DNA of 64,000 bases from Longimicrobiales bacterium (lineage in GTDB: Bacteria; Gemmatimonadota; Gemmatimonadetes; Longimicrobiales; Gaopeijiaceae): contig CBDFIQ010000002.1 in NCBI GenBank assembly GCA_965248195.1, positions 896,001 through 960,000 of the forward strand, in the 5' to 3' direction. The position numbers and the translations under genes were made by a program. Shown piece by piece: positions 28,915 through 39,293 of the stretch. Below the pieces are notes generated by a model. That model worked only from the letters and a program-made list of their open reading frames with translations, did not search any database and was not told where the DNA came from. Positions within the stretch are counted from its first letter, which is position 1. Each line of letters opens with the position of its first letter.

Positions 28915-30453
28915 CTAGGTTTCCCAGAGGTCCTTGCCCAACGCCGCCGTCATCCCGACTGCCATCCCGAGGATCAGCCCAAGAAAGAGATTCACAAGCG
29001 GCTTCGGAAACTCTGGATCATCAGGGTGAGAAATGAGGCCCGCGTCGACGATTCTGACACCCTCGCCGCGGATGGCGTCCTGAACCTCGGTGAGTCTGAG
29101 TTGCCTCTCGAGAAGCAGGTAGGCTTCGTTCAGGACCGTTCGCTCCCGAAAGAGTCTCAGGTATTCCATCTCCCGCTCCGGGAGCCCCTCCAGATCGGAC
29201 GTGACCCCCTCCATCGCGGTTCCGACCGATGAGAGCTGTCCGTCCAGGCTCTCGAGATAACTCACAGCCAGGGCGTGCAGTTGGCCCTCCAGGTCACCTA
29301 TGCGCTCGGTCAGCTGGCGTAGGTCCAGGTTCTTCTCCGTGCGGCGACTCCTGAGCTCGGATCGCTCGGTTTCGAGATCGTAGATCGCGAGCAGGATGTC
29401 CTGAATGCCGCTATTGGAGATGAACGACGGGTACGTCGCCAGCTGCCGGTACGCGGCCGCGTCCGGCGCCAGGGTCGCATCATCACCGGCCCTGGACTCC
29501 ACAAGCGCCAGGAGCTCGGCCAATGCCGCCCGTTCGACCTCGAGCGCATCGACCTGGAGCTGGAGCTCGGCGAATCGCCTTACCTGCTGCGTCGCTTCTT
29601 CTTCGGGCGCCACGATCAGGTGCAACTCCTGATAATCCCGGAGGTGTTCCTCGGCTTTGGTGAGCCGAACGGTGTAGTCGGCCACCTGGATCCGGAGCTC
29701 GTCGGCAGTGTAGCGGGCCTCCGCGCTTTCACTTCCGGTCTTGTAGGCGATGAACTCGTGTACGATGCCGTTGACAACGGCTGCCGCCATCTCCCGATCG
29801 GGAATTCGGTACGCCACCTCGACGAGCCTGGAGCCGCCTTCACCGCGCCGGATGTCGAGATCCTCGCGCAGTTCCTGAACCGCCTCGTAGTGAGGCACGA
29901 TATGGAGGCGGATACGCGCTGGTGCTTCTCTTTCCTCAGGAAATCGGAGGACGAGGACGTACCCCCCGAAACGGATCTCCTCCCCCGCCTGCACCCGGCC
30001 GAGCGACTGCTCGGCGTGGCCCCGCTCCTTGGCGGTGGCCTCGTACACACCCTGCCCGCGGCTTCGGAGCGTGACCCTACCCTCCCAGTTCGGGTCCCCC
30101 TGGGCGACAACCTCGATAATCTCGCTCCGAATGCCGGCCGGTCTCCGCATCCGGATCATGAGCGCCGTCGAATCCACCACGGCCTCGGCCATCCGCCAAC
30201 TGCGGAGGACGCCCATCTCGGTTGCCAGCTCGTCCCTACCGAGTCCCATTACGTCCAAGCCAGGAACGTCGCTCAACTGCTCTGCCAAACCCAGTCCCGA
30301 AGTCTCTTCCTGGATGCGCACAACGGCGGTGCTCTCATACCGCGGAGCTGACAGGAACGTCCAGAGGGCCACCGCGAGCAGAATTCCCGCGGTCACGCCC
30401 GTGATGAGCCACCCGTGTCGCAGCAGGCGCTGGATCAACTCCTTCAGGGTCAT
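28915..30453 (-). CDS. Polysaccharide co-polymerase (GumC/Wzc periplasmic domain, no kinase domain)
   Basis: N-terminal TM + PRYESTAVV, coiled coil, VRIVDA..P..P.P + C-terminal TM; no Walker A. Confidence 0.82.
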   Translation of the reverse strand: MTLKELIQRLLRHGWLITGVTAGILLAVALWTFLSAPRYESTAVVRIQEETSGLGLAEQLSDVPGLDVMGLGRDELATEMGVLRSWRMAEAVVDSTALMIRMRRPAGIRSEIIEVVAQGDPNWEGRVTLRSRGQGVYEATAKERGHAEQSLGRVQAGEEIRFGGYVLVLRFPEEREAPARIRLHIVPHYEAVQELREDLDIRRGEGGSRLVEVAYRIPDREMAAAVVNGIVHEFIAYKTGSESAEARYTADELRIQVADYTVRLTKAEEHLRDYQELHLIVAPEEEATQQVRRFAELQLQVDALEVERAALAELLALVESRAGDDATLAPDAAAYRQLATYPSFISNSGIQDILLAIYDLETERSELRSRRTEKNLDLRQLTERIGDLEGQLHALAVSYLESLDGQLSSVGTAMEGVTSDLEGLPEREMEYLRLFRERTVLNEAYLLLERQLRLTEVQDAIRGEGVRIVDAGLISHPDDPEFPKPLVNLFLGLILGMAVGMTAALGKDLWET

Positions 30454-30501
30454 GGCGCCGAGTTTCGCTTTCGCATAGTTGGAAGAGGACAGGGCATCAT
30501 G

Positions 30502-32130
30502 TTAGCGACCGACAACCTTCGCCAGTGTCACCGTCAGGGTCGTGTTCGCGATGTCCACTCCGTTAGCCCTCCCGCTGATGGGGTCGGGTTCGAACGTCTG
30601 GAACAGGTAGTTGAGTCGGATGCCATGCGAAAGCTCTCCGGCCAGATTCCATCCGCGTAGATCCACCGCCCCTCGGAGTCCCCAGAACAATGAAACGTCA
30701 GAACGCTTGGGAGGGAAGACCACGTCCGACCAGATGACGGAATTGTCCCACCGGATCCGCCCTCCGAAGACTCCCGCCCGCCATCCGTCCGGCATGAAGT
30801 CGAAGGCGAGCCACTGGCTCGAGGCCCCGGGGCCGATGCCGGCCCCGATGACCTGACCTCGATGTGTGTACCCTTGAGGAACCACGCGACTCGTGTAGGT
30901 GGTGAAGAACGATCGCACCCGCCACGTGCCGCTCGGTTCGAGGTTCGTCATCTCGGCCTGGACGCGCAAGACTCCTGTCTCGCCCTTTCGGGCGGCCCAC
31001 TGGAATCCGGCCGTATAACCCTGTGAGTGACCGGGGAACTGCAGGAAGTCTTTGACGGAGGCCGGCTGCTCGAAGCGGGCCCAGTCCCCGTAGACCTCGA
31101 ACCCCGCGGGGGAGAACACCCACCGGCCGAACAGTGCAAAGATCTGGTCCCGTGCAGATGCGGTTGGCGAGTCTCCCTCGCTCGAGTTCGGTCGACCCAC
31201 GCTCCGGAAGACGTCGAAGGCCGCCGACGTCCATCCCTCCTCTTCGGTCTTTGGCGCATAGACCACCCGGGCCAGCCCCAGCGTGAGCCCTGGTTCGAAC
31301 GAAGGTTGGAGCGTGACAACCAGGCCGCTCAGGCTGCGCTCGTCGTTGGAGGGCTCGAGATCGAAGTAATCCGACTCCTCCAGGCGCCCTAGTATCCACC
31401 TCCCTTCCAGGGTTCCTGCACGGGTCTCGATCGGGCGGCTGGTGCGTAGGAAGAGACGGGGCACCCCGGGCGCGTGGTTGCTCATGATGATCCCGTTGCG
31501 GATTCCTGGCCCCCACCAGGTGTTCTCGGTAGCGGCCCCGAGGGAGACAGGCCCCAGCCGCACAGTCAGGCTGCTCTGGCCGGGCCCGATCTCGTCGAGC
31601 GTCTCCTCTCCAAACCGGACGGGCTTGTCGATGGACTCGGGCAGCGGGTGAAACGGGTCGGCGTGGATCTTTCTCGGCGGATCGAGATTCTGGGGGAAGA
31701 CAATGAACTGGAAGGGGGCGTTTTCCTGATACAGAAAGTCGGGCGCCATGATCAGGGTGGTCCTTCCCACCCGAAGTCGAACCCCCGCGGTGAGTCGGGC
31801 ACTCCACCCCGCTCCTGCCCATAGGGCCCCGTCGTTCATCGAGACGGGCAAATGGGAGTTCGAGACCGACCTGAGCTCGGGCGGCAGCAGCGTCATGGCC
31901 CATAGGCTCCCGGACTCCCGTAGGCTGTCCGATTCGGAAAGGAGAAGAGACGGGGTCCGGAGGAGATACCCGGCGGTCGGGGCTCCATTCAGGAGCTGGT
32001 CCAGTCGGGGGCGGTCTTCCGCCTCGCTAGCGATGCTCGTCCACGGTTGTATCCCCCAGGTTTGTCCGTTGGAATCGCCCGGCACAAGCAGGGCCGTGAA
32101 GACCAGAATGCCATGGAGAAGTCTCTTCAA
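30502..32130 (-). CDS. Capsule assembly Wzi-family outer-membrane barrel
   Basis: Signal peptide; ENTWWGPGIRNGIIMSNHAPG; YTHRGQVIGAGIGPG (start uncertain). Confidence 0.75.
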   Translation of the reverse strand: MKRLLHGILVFTALLVPGDSNGQTWGIQPWTSIASEAEDRPRLDQLLNGAPTAGYLLRTPSLLLSESDSLRESGSLWAMTLLPPELRSVSNSHLPVSMNDGALWAGAGWSARLTAGVRLRVGRTTLIMAPDFLYQENAPFQFIVFPQNLDPPRKIHADPFHPLPESIDKPVRFGEETLDEIGPGQSSLTVRLGPVSLGAATENTWWGPGIRNGIIMSNHAPGVPRLFLRTSRPIETRAGTLEGRWILGRLEESDYFDLEPSNDERSLSGLVVTLQPSFEPGLTLGLARVVYAPKTEEEGWTSAAFDVFRSVGRPNSSEGDSPTASARDQIFALFGRWVFSPAGFEVYGDWARFEQPASVKDFLQFPGHSQGYTAGFQWAARKGETGVLRVQAEMTNLEPSGTWRVRSFFTTYTSRVVPQGYTHRGQVIGAGIGPGASSQWLAFDFMPDGWRAGVFGGRIRWDNSVIWSDVVFPPKRSDVSLFWGLRGAVDLRGWNLAGELSHGIRLNYLFQTFEPDPISGRANGVDIANTTLTVTLAKVVGR

Positions 32131-32248
32131 CGCAGTTTTCCGTCTCGAACATGCCGATGGGTTGTGGGGAAAGCCGGTAGCGAACACGGGACACCAACGA
32201 TAGGATAGCTCCATACGGTGGGCCTCCAAAACGCCCGCCGCTCGAATC

Positions 32249-32887
32249 ATGAACTCACCAGGAGCTCCGCACCTCATGCTGCTCAACCGCTGGCTGCCGA
32301 CGCTGTTGTTGCTGACTGTTCCCTTGCCATGCCGGGGACAGGAAAGCGTTTCCGCCATTGACCTGATCCTCATGCCGGGTGATGTCATCGAGGTCGCTAT
32401 CTGGCGTGAAGAAGACTTGAGCGGTGAGTTTCTGGTCGATCCCGACGGGTACGTGACTCTGCCACTGCTAGGCCAGAGCCCCGTGACCGGTTTGAGCTGG
32501 CACAATGTCAGGGACCGGCTGCTGGAGGCCTACCGGGAGGAACTCAGGAACCCTTCGATCGAACTCACACCTTTGCGGAGGATCTACGTCCTGGGTGAAG
32601 TGAACGAGCCCGGACTCTATCCCGTGGACCCCACCGTGAGTCTCGCGGGGGCCGTAGCCATGGCCGGTGGAGCGAGTCCCGAGGGCGATGTCCGGAACTT
32701 GAGGCTGGTAAGGGGGGGGGCTCTCGTGGTGGATGGGATTCCCAGCGAGCAGGCCCTGGCCAGCCTGGACGTTCGCTCGGGCGACGAGATCTTCGTGGGA
32801 CGTCGGAACTGGTTCTCTCGAAACAGCACGTTCGTCATCAGCGCCCTGCTCTCCCTCTCCACGATCGTCATCACGCTCTCCCGCTAG
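32249..32887 (+). CDS. Short polysaccharide export (OPX/Wza, SLBB) protein
   Basis: PGDVIEV, VDPDGYVTLPLLG (PES motif), VLGEVNEPG, AMAGG, GDEIFV. Confidence 0.85.
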   Translation: MNSPGAPHLMLLNRWLPTLLLLTVPLPCRGQESVSAIDLILMPGDVIEVAIWREEDLSGEFLVDPDGYVTLPLLGQSPVTGLSWHNVRDRLLEAYREELRNPSIELTPLRRIYVLGEVNEPGLYPVDPTVSLAGAVAMAGGASPEGDVRNLRLVRGGALVVDGIPSEQALASLDVRSGDEIFVGRRNWFSRNSTFVISALLSLSTIVITLSR

Positions 32888-32907
32888 GAGTCCCTCGATC
32901 TCGGCGA

Positions 32908-34581
32908 TCAGTGTGGGAGCCCCCTGATACCCAGCGTTACTCGCAGGTTGAAGACGTCGTTTCCCTTCTCGAGGTTGCGGCTCAGGTTGATGGCTGGTGT
33001 GATGCCAGCCGTGATCTCGAGTCCTTGTGTGAAGCGGAGGGTCTCTAGACTCAGGCTGTAGATCACGTCGGCCACCGGCCGTTCCGCGGAGGATTGGTTG
33101 TCTCCGGGCAACCAGTCCCCCCGGAGGGTGCGGGAGAGGTCCACCGTCCACCGTCCCCCGGGGTGGTAGAGATCCACGCCCACGGTCCAGCCGGCTCCGC
33201 CGTAGGCCGTGGGCGAGCCGAGTATTTGGCCGTGCTGTGTGTGCCCCTGCCTGACGCCGTCGTGCCAGTACGAGGGCCAGGGTTGGGGCTCCATTTGACC
33301 CTCCCGGAACCGATTCCCCCGCTCGCTATGGTGCACCTCTGCGCTGACGACCTCCGCCCTCAGCGCGAATAGCCGTTGCTCGGAGGGGCTCCAAACCTTC
33401 TGAAGGCCGAAGACTCTCGCCATGAGGTCGTCCGGGCGGACCAGGTAGTCCCGAATATCCCTGCCGGAATCGTTTCGGGTTATCTCAGCATAGATCTCGA
33501 CGCCTCCTGCTGGGACGGTCCATCGCAGAAATGCGGTGGCCAGCTGGTTCTCGAACTGCAGGTTGATCGGATCGGAACTGCCAAGGGAGACGGGTGAGGT
33601 AAAGGGTCGCAAGACGTCGTCCAGGCCAACACCACCGTCCGGCCATACGGACTCGGCGAACCGACCGAGCCCCAGCTCGAGACCCTCGAGACCACGGGGC
33701 AGAAGAACGACGACGGCACCCGAAGCGAAGCGTCTCAGCTCACCCTGGGTCACGGGAGAGAAGTCCGATTGCGTCAGGCGACCGGCTATGAGGCGGCCGT
33801 GGAGTCTTCCGATCCCGACATTCAGTGGCCCCGACGTCTGGACGAGGAGATGCGGGAACCCCCCGGCATTGTTTCCCAGGAGAAGTGGATAGTGGATGGC
33901 CGGCCCCCAGACCTGACCAGCCGTCGACACGCCGAGGGTGATTCCGGGCAGTGCCAAGTGCACCGCGGAGGATCCCAGATCCAGCCGGCCGTACCTCCTT
34001 TTACCGAACCGTTGAGGATAGTCAATTTTTCTCGGGAAGCGCGAATCCTGAACGACTCCGCTTCCGGAAAGCCCATTGGGCGCCAGGTCGAAGGCACTGT
34101 TTTGACTGATGAACGCCTCGGGCGCGAATCGCACGTGCAGTGGTCCGAACCGGAGGTACGCTCCGCCGCCCATGACTACGGTGAACCCCTTGCCGGCCCA
34201 TACCACGCCGTCGTCTTCTCCAAAGGGAACCGAGGAGTTGAAGAGGGCCCCTGCTTTTCCAGGCAGCGATCCCCACTCCCATGTCTTGGCCACCTGCGGC
34301 GTCAGGTCGTAGCGATTCTTCCAGGGGTGCAGTGTGTCCGCGGGCAGAGTCCGCGAGAGCTCCCCCGGGGTCAGACCCCGGAGGGTCCACGGATAGTCGG
34401 GAGCCATTCCGGATACTTGGAGAACCCTCAGGAAGCGCGCCTCTTCCGAACCTACGGGGAGGCCACCTCGGACATCCCAGCGCAGCTCTTGCGCCCAGGC
34501 TCCCTGCGTTCCGAAAACCAGAAGGAGGGGGAGGAGTGCCAGGAATGCTCGGGTGCGACTCAATTGTATTCCGTCGGACAA
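32908..34581 (-). CDS. Second Wzi-family outer-membrane barrel
   Basis: Paralogous to 30502: WAGKG, WGPA..PLLLGNNAGGF, GHTQHGQILG. Confidence 0.7.
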   Translation of the reverse strand: MSDGIQLSRTRAFLALLPLLLVFGTQGAWAQELRWDVRGGLPVGSEEARFLRVLQVSGMAPDYPWTLRGLTPGELSRTLPADTLHPWKNRYDLTPQVAKTWEWGSLPGKAGALFNSSVPFGEDDGVVWAGKGFTVVMGGGAYLRFGPLHVRFAPEAFISQNSAFDLAPNGLSGSGVVQDSRFPRKIDYPQRFGKRRYGRLDLGSSAVHLALPGITLGVSTAGQVWGPAIHYPLLLGNNAGGFPHLLVQTSGPLNVGIGRLHGRLIAGRLTQSDFSPVTQGELRRFASGAVVVLLPRGLEGLELGLGRFAESVWPDGGVGLDDVLRPFTSPVSLGSSDPINLQFENQLATAFLRWTVPAGGVEIYAEITRNDSGRDIRDYLVRPDDLMARVFGLQKVWSPSEQRLFALRAEVVSAEVHHSERGNRFREGQMEPQPWPSYWHDGVRQGHTQHGQILGSPTAYGGAGWTVGVDLYHPGGRWTVDLSRTLRGDWLPGDNQSSAERPVADVIYSLSLETLRFTQGLEITAGITPAINLSRNLEKGNDVFNLRVTLGIRGLPH

Positions 34582-34743
34582 GGTTCACCAGCGCTCGATG
34601 TTATGAGAATCACTGCAGTAACGACAGGGTTGTCAGTGTTAGTCCTTCATTCTATCATCTCGTGGCCACTTCATCCCAGGCCCTAATCGGCTCGGTTTTT
34701 CGCCCTCCCAGTGGACCAGTTTCGGGGGGGCGGAGCACAAACC

Positions 34744-35771
34744 ATGCAAGATAAAATGAGAAAAAGCCTAATCGTTCATATCGGATTTGCTAAAACGAGT
34801 ACCACAACTCTCCAAAAAATGATATTTCCTAAAGTGTGTGAAACAACAGGTTACAAATATTTTAGAGAAGATTCATGGGTAGAAAGAGAAGTAAGTCTTC
34901 ACTTGAGTAGACTTTATACAGGGAGAGATTCTAGAAAACTAAATATTCCAAGGGGGACTATTGTTAGCGCAGAAGAATTAGCCAATTCAAGGCCCTATAA
35001 ATGGGAAGAATTCTTACTGAAAAATCTTAAAGCATTCGGTTCTGACGCTCATATCCTCCTTACCATTCGCAATCCCATCTCGTGGTTTACATCATTATAT
35101 CTCGGGAAATGCGTGCACCAACCACGGTGTATGAAGCCAGAAGATTTCTTTTCAGGCAACCCATCAGATTCGTATTTAGCAGATATGCCATATGACTTTC
35201 GTGAATTTTCTTACAATAAAATAATTTGTCTCTATAAAGAGGCATTCAAAACGGTGACTGTGGTCAAATATGAAGATTTGAATAAATTGCTTTTTCTGGA
35301 TTCGATGTTTGATCTAGATGACATAGAAAAAGAGTCCTTGAAAAAGTCGTATGAGAATATGAAGCTAAATAGGAGTTTTAGTGTAAATGCAGCAAAAGCA
35401 ACGTTTGTGGTTCATAAATTATTGAACTCATTCTCTTTCATTCTTAGAATAAATTATTTAGCAGTATTCTAGGAAGCATTATGATAAGAAAGAAACGAAC
35501 TATCATTCAAAGACGACTAAAACGACTAAATCTTCCACTGGATTATGAATCGTCTACTGATATCCCTACTGAAAATTATGAAAAAGCCGTAGTATATGTG
35601 ATGAAGAAGTTTTGGAATCCATTTGTCTTTCGCGTATTAGATAAAATGATGCCTTATAAAAAATTTGAATTAGATGTCAAGCAATTGCCAATAGGATGTG
35701 TTGATCTTGAAAGTGAATATGATGAATTACCATCTATCATGACCTATTCCAACCCGGCAGCTACCACCTAG
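34744..35771 (+). pseudogene. AT-rich sulfotransferase-like gene split into two frames (34744-35472 and 35481-35771)
   Basis: VHIGFAKTSTTTLQ (PAPS-binding loop type), SAEEL, IRNP..W..SLY, YEDL. The second frame is open from 35448. Confidence 0.62.
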
Positions 35772-35980
35772 CCAAACTAGGCGGGCCGGGAAACGTACTC
35801 CGCCTGCTGGCCCCAAGCGCTTGACGCACTTGATTTTACGGCTCATTATTCGGCCCTCACGGACCTCACCGAAAACCTCAATTATGCGCGATCTCACTGT
35901 TCTTATGATGCGCGAACGTGGAATATCCATCACCTGCGAGGGAGAAGAGCGCCTCACAGGCTTCGGAGGAGGGTGAGCCG

Positions 35981-37090
35981 ATGCTCGATCCTTCGGTGCC
36001 CGCGGCCTCTGCCGGCAAGTCGGCGGACGGTGAGGTGAACCCCCTCGCTCTACTCAACGTGCTTCTGCGCCGCTGGCGCATCCTCGTCGTGCTGCCGTTT
36101 GTCGCGGCGGTCATCGCCGCCGTATACTCTTTGAGGGTAACCCCGATGTATACGGCCACTACGCGCTTCATACCGGAGTCGGGCTCGCAGGGTAGCGGGC
36201 TTTCCGGACTGGCCGGAATGGCGGCGCAGCTGGGGATCTCCCTCGGCGGCGGCGCGCCCGGGAACCAGTCCCCTGAGTTCTACGCGGAAATTCTGACGAG
36301 CCGTCAGATCGTACAGCGAGTACTGCTCTCAACATACCAGGACCCTCGAGAGGGTAAGAGCCTGGGGGACAAGGCGACGCTGCTGGACATATTCGAGATC
36401 GAAGCGCTCGACTCCGCGACGCTGTTCGAAAGAGGAATGGAAGAGGGAAGTGATATGGCGAGTGCCCGCGTGGACAACCGAACCAACATCGTCGAGCTGA
36501 CGGTCGACGCCGTGGACCCCGTCCTCGTAGCAGCCGTGGCCAACCGATTCATCGAATCCCTCGAGGAGTTCAACGCCAGTACTCGGCAGTCGCGAGCCCG
36601 AGAGCGGCGACGCTTCGTCGAGGAGCGCATGGCAGAGGCCGAAACGGAACTGCGTCGACGCGAGGAGGTGATGAAGACGTTTCTCGAGGGCAATCGCACG
36701 TGGCAGCAGTCCCCCAATCTGTTATTCGAGGAGGGGCGGCTCCGCAGCGAGATCCAGATTCAGCGGGAGGTCTTCCTGACCCTCAGGCGCGAGTATGAGG
36801 CCGCCCGAATCGAAGAGGTCGATGAAACTCCGGTTTTCACCGTCATCGAGCCTGCTGTCCCGCCCTTGCTACGGTCCCGGCCAGCCCGTACCCGGTTGGT
36901 GCTCTTGGTCACCGCCCTGTTCGGCATGTTGAGCGTTCTGCTTGCATACGCAGCGGAGTACATCGGCCGTCTCCGGAAGGAGGGCGAAGCTGAGTATGTC
37001 GAGTTGGAGGGTCTCCTCAGGCAGATGTGGGAGAGGGGCCGCAGGGTGTTGGGAAAGGGCACTCGTGCGGCGCCGGGGGGCACTGGTTGA
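35981..37090 (+). CDS. Wzz/GNVR-type chain-length determinant
   Basis: LLRRWR + TM, PMYTATT, YEAARIEE, VIEPAVPP..SRP + TM. Confidence 0.82.
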   Translation: MLDPSVPAASAGKSADGEVNPLALLNVLLRRWRILVVLPFVAAVIAAVYSLRVTPMYTATTRFIPESGSQGSGLSGLAGMAAQLGISLGGGAPGNQSPEFYAEILTSRQIVQRVLLSTYQDPREGKSLGDKATLLDIFEIEALDSATLFERGMEEGSDMASARVDNRTNIVELTVDAVDPVLVAAVANRFIESLEEFNASTRQSRARERRRFVEERMAEAETELRRREEVMKTFLEGNRTWQQSPNLLFEEGRLRSEIQIQREVFLTLRREYEAARIEEVDETPVFTVIEPAVPPLLRSRPARTRLVLLVTALFGMLSVLLAYAAEYIGRLRKEGEAEYVELEGLLRQMWERGRRVLGKGTRAAPGGTG

Positions 37091-37157
37091 GGGTGGACCG
37101 GGAGCGCGCTCCGCACCTCCGTCGTTGATTCATTGAGTACGCATCGGGTCCTCGTCT

Positions 37158-37412
37158 GTGGCGGTGGGTCCGACCCGGTGGCTGGCTACGTGGTGGGCGG
37201 AGGACAACCTCCGCGTGAACTGCGTCTCGCCAGGCGGCGTGTACAACGGCCAGGATCCGAGATTCGTCGAGGAATACAGCCGCCGAACACCCGTCGGTCG
37301 TATGGCCGATAGACACGAGCTGTCGGGTATCATCTTCTACCTTCTCAGCGATGCGTCCAGCTATTGCACGGGGCAGAACTTCATCGTTGACGGAGGTTTC
37401 ACTGCTTGGTGA
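37158..37412 (+). pseudogene. C-terminal remnant of a classical SDR (PtmA-like)
   Basis: TRWLATWW..NLRVNCVSPGG...TPVGRMA...SYCTGQNFIVDGGFTAW; the Rossmann fold and YxxxK are missing. Confidence 0.8.
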
Positions 37413-37431
37413 CGATACGGAGAGAGCGCTA

Positions 37432-38475
37432 GTGTCAGATTTCACGGTGGGCGACAGGGCCATCGGCCGCGATCATCCGCCGCTCGTTGTCGCCGAGGTC
37501 GGAATCAACCACGAAGGTGATGTTGAAAAGGCATTACGAATGGTGGATGCGGCGTCGGATGCGGGCGCCGAGGTACTCAAGTTCCAATGCCACATCACTG
37601 AGAAAGAGATGGTCCCCACCGATATGACGCCCGGCGAAATCTCGACCGAGAAACTCTGGGACATCATCAAACGCTGTGAATTGACCCACGATGAGGAACG
37701 CCGTGTTCAGGCGCATTGTCATGAGAAAGGGATCATTTACTTCTCCACACCTTTCAGCCGTGAGGCGGCCGATCGACTGGATGGGATGGGAGTGCCCGCT
37801 TTCAAGATCGGCTCGGGTGAGTGCAACAACATCCCGCTCCTGGAGCATATCGCCGCCAAAGGGAAGCCGATGATCCTCTCGACGGGTATGAACGACCTCG
37901 ATTCCGTCCGCCGTTCCGTCGCAGTGATTCAGCGGCATGACGTACCGCTGGCGATCACGCATTGCACCAGCATGTATCCGACCCCGTACGAGAACGTGCG
38001 ACTGGGCGCCGTCACTGAACTCCAAGCGACGTTCCCCGACGTTCCCGTGGGATTGTCCGACCACTCACTCAACATCTGGACGTGCCTGGGTGCGGTGGCG
38101 CTAGGCGCGTCGATCCTCGAAAAGCACTTCACCCTCTCGCGCTCATGGCCGGGACCCGACATCGGCATCTCCATCGAGCCGCACGAACTCAAAGAACTGA
38201 TTGAAGGATCCCGGGCCGTGTGGCAGGCGCGGGGCGGGGCAAAGACGATACTTTCTGAGGAGCAGCCGGTCATTGATTTTGCGTACGCCACGGTCGTGAC
38301 CATTGCTCCGGTCAAGACGGGGGACACGTTTTCCGCCGAGAACATTTGGGTCAAGCGGCCCGGCCTGGGACCGATTCACGCCACGCGCTTGGACGACGTG
38401 ATCGGCAAGGTTGCCGGTCGAGACGTCGCAGCAGACGTGCATGTAACGCTTGAGGACATCGTTGACTTCGAATGA
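37432..38475 (+). CDS. neuB: Nonulosonic acid synthase, Neu5Ac-synthase-like
   Basis: AEVGINHEG, STPFSR, KIGSGECNN, HCTSMYP, GLSDH, EKHFT, WVKRPG. Confidence 0.93.
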   Translation: MSDFTVGDRAIGRDHPPLVVAEVGINHEGDVEKALRMVDAASDAGAEVLKFQCHITEKEMVPTDMTPGEISTEKLWDIIKRCELTHDEERRVQAHCHEKGIIYFSTPFSREAADRLDGMGVPAFKIGSGECNNIPLLEHIAAKGKPMILSTGMNDLDSVRRSVAVIQRHDVPLAITHCTSMYPTPYENVRLGAVTELQATFPDVPVGLSDHSLNIWTCLGAVALGASILEKHFTLSRSWPGPDIGISIEPHELKELIEGSRAVWQARGGAKTILSEEQPVIDFAYATVVTIAPVKTGDTFSAENIWVKRPGLGPIHATRLDDVIGKVAGRDVAADVHVTLEDIVDFE

Positions 38476-39293
38476 GGATCGTCGTTACCGGCGCCTCGGG
38501 CTTCCTCGGAAGGGCCTTGGTCCGTGAACTCCAGCGTCGAGGTATCGAGACGATCGCCACCACCAGGCATCCCTCCGAACCGCTCCCTGTCGGCACTTCA
38601 GTGGTCCAGAGCTACGATGATTCGCCACTCGGAGACGTGCTCGTGCATCTCGCGGAGGGCCGGGCGGTGAATGTCGTCGACGACGCGGCCGTGCAGCAGC
38701 TGACACGGCGGTGCGGCCGGCTGCTCGGCAAGGGCTACGCCCGCCCCGTGTATGCGTCCTCGGCGCTGGTTTACGGAGACCGTGAGACTCACCCTCGCCG
38801 GCCGGAGGAACGGCCGGCTCCGGAATCGCCCTACGCTCGAGCCAAGCTGGCCTGCGAGGAGATGGTCACTGAGCGGCGCGGCCTCGTTGCACGCCTCGCC
38901 AACGTGTACGGCCCGGGGATGGCCCGCGACAACGTCGTGTCGGATGTCCTCGAACAAATCCCCGGCGACGGCCCGTTGACGGTCCGGGACCCTTCGCCGA
39001 TCCGAGATTTCCTGTGGATCGAGGATGCCGCGAGAGGACTCGCCGATATGGCAGTGGGTACGGGCCTCGGCATCTTCAATCTGGGTTCAGGGACGGGCGT
39101 GTCCGTGGGAGACCTGGCCCGACTGGCCCTGGATCTCGCCGGACAGAGCGATCGGCCCGTAATGGCGAGCCAACCGTCGCAGAAACCGTCGAGCCTCAGT
39201 TTGGACATTTCGTCTACGGCTTCGACGTTCGGGTGGGCACCGCAGGTGCCGCTCTCCCGCGGCCTAGCCCAGCTACAGGAATCCCGGCCGTGA
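38472..39293 (+). CDS. NAD(P)-dependent sugar reductase/epimerase (extended SDR)
   Basis: GASGFLG, YARAK, RLANVYGPG, RDFLWIED; stop/start overlaps with neuB and neuC. Confidence 0.82.
   Translation: MRIVVTGASGFLGRALVRELQRRGIETIATTRHPSEPLPVGTSVVQSYDDSPLGDVLVHLAEGRAVNVVDDAAVQQLTRRCGRLLGKGYARPVYASSALVYGDRETHPRRPEERPAPESPYARAKLACEEMVTERRGLVARLANVYGPGMARDNVVSDVLEQIPGDGPLTVRDPSPIRDFLWIEDAARGLADMAVGTGLGIFNLGSGTGVSVGDLARLALDLAGQSDRPVMASQPSQKPSSLSLDISSTASTFGWAPQVPLSRGLAQLQESRP

Noticed and set aside
35821..35849. TTGACG-N17-CATTAT promoter before the wzz-like gene
   Set aside because: Plausible, but the -10 is weak and there is no independent evidence.
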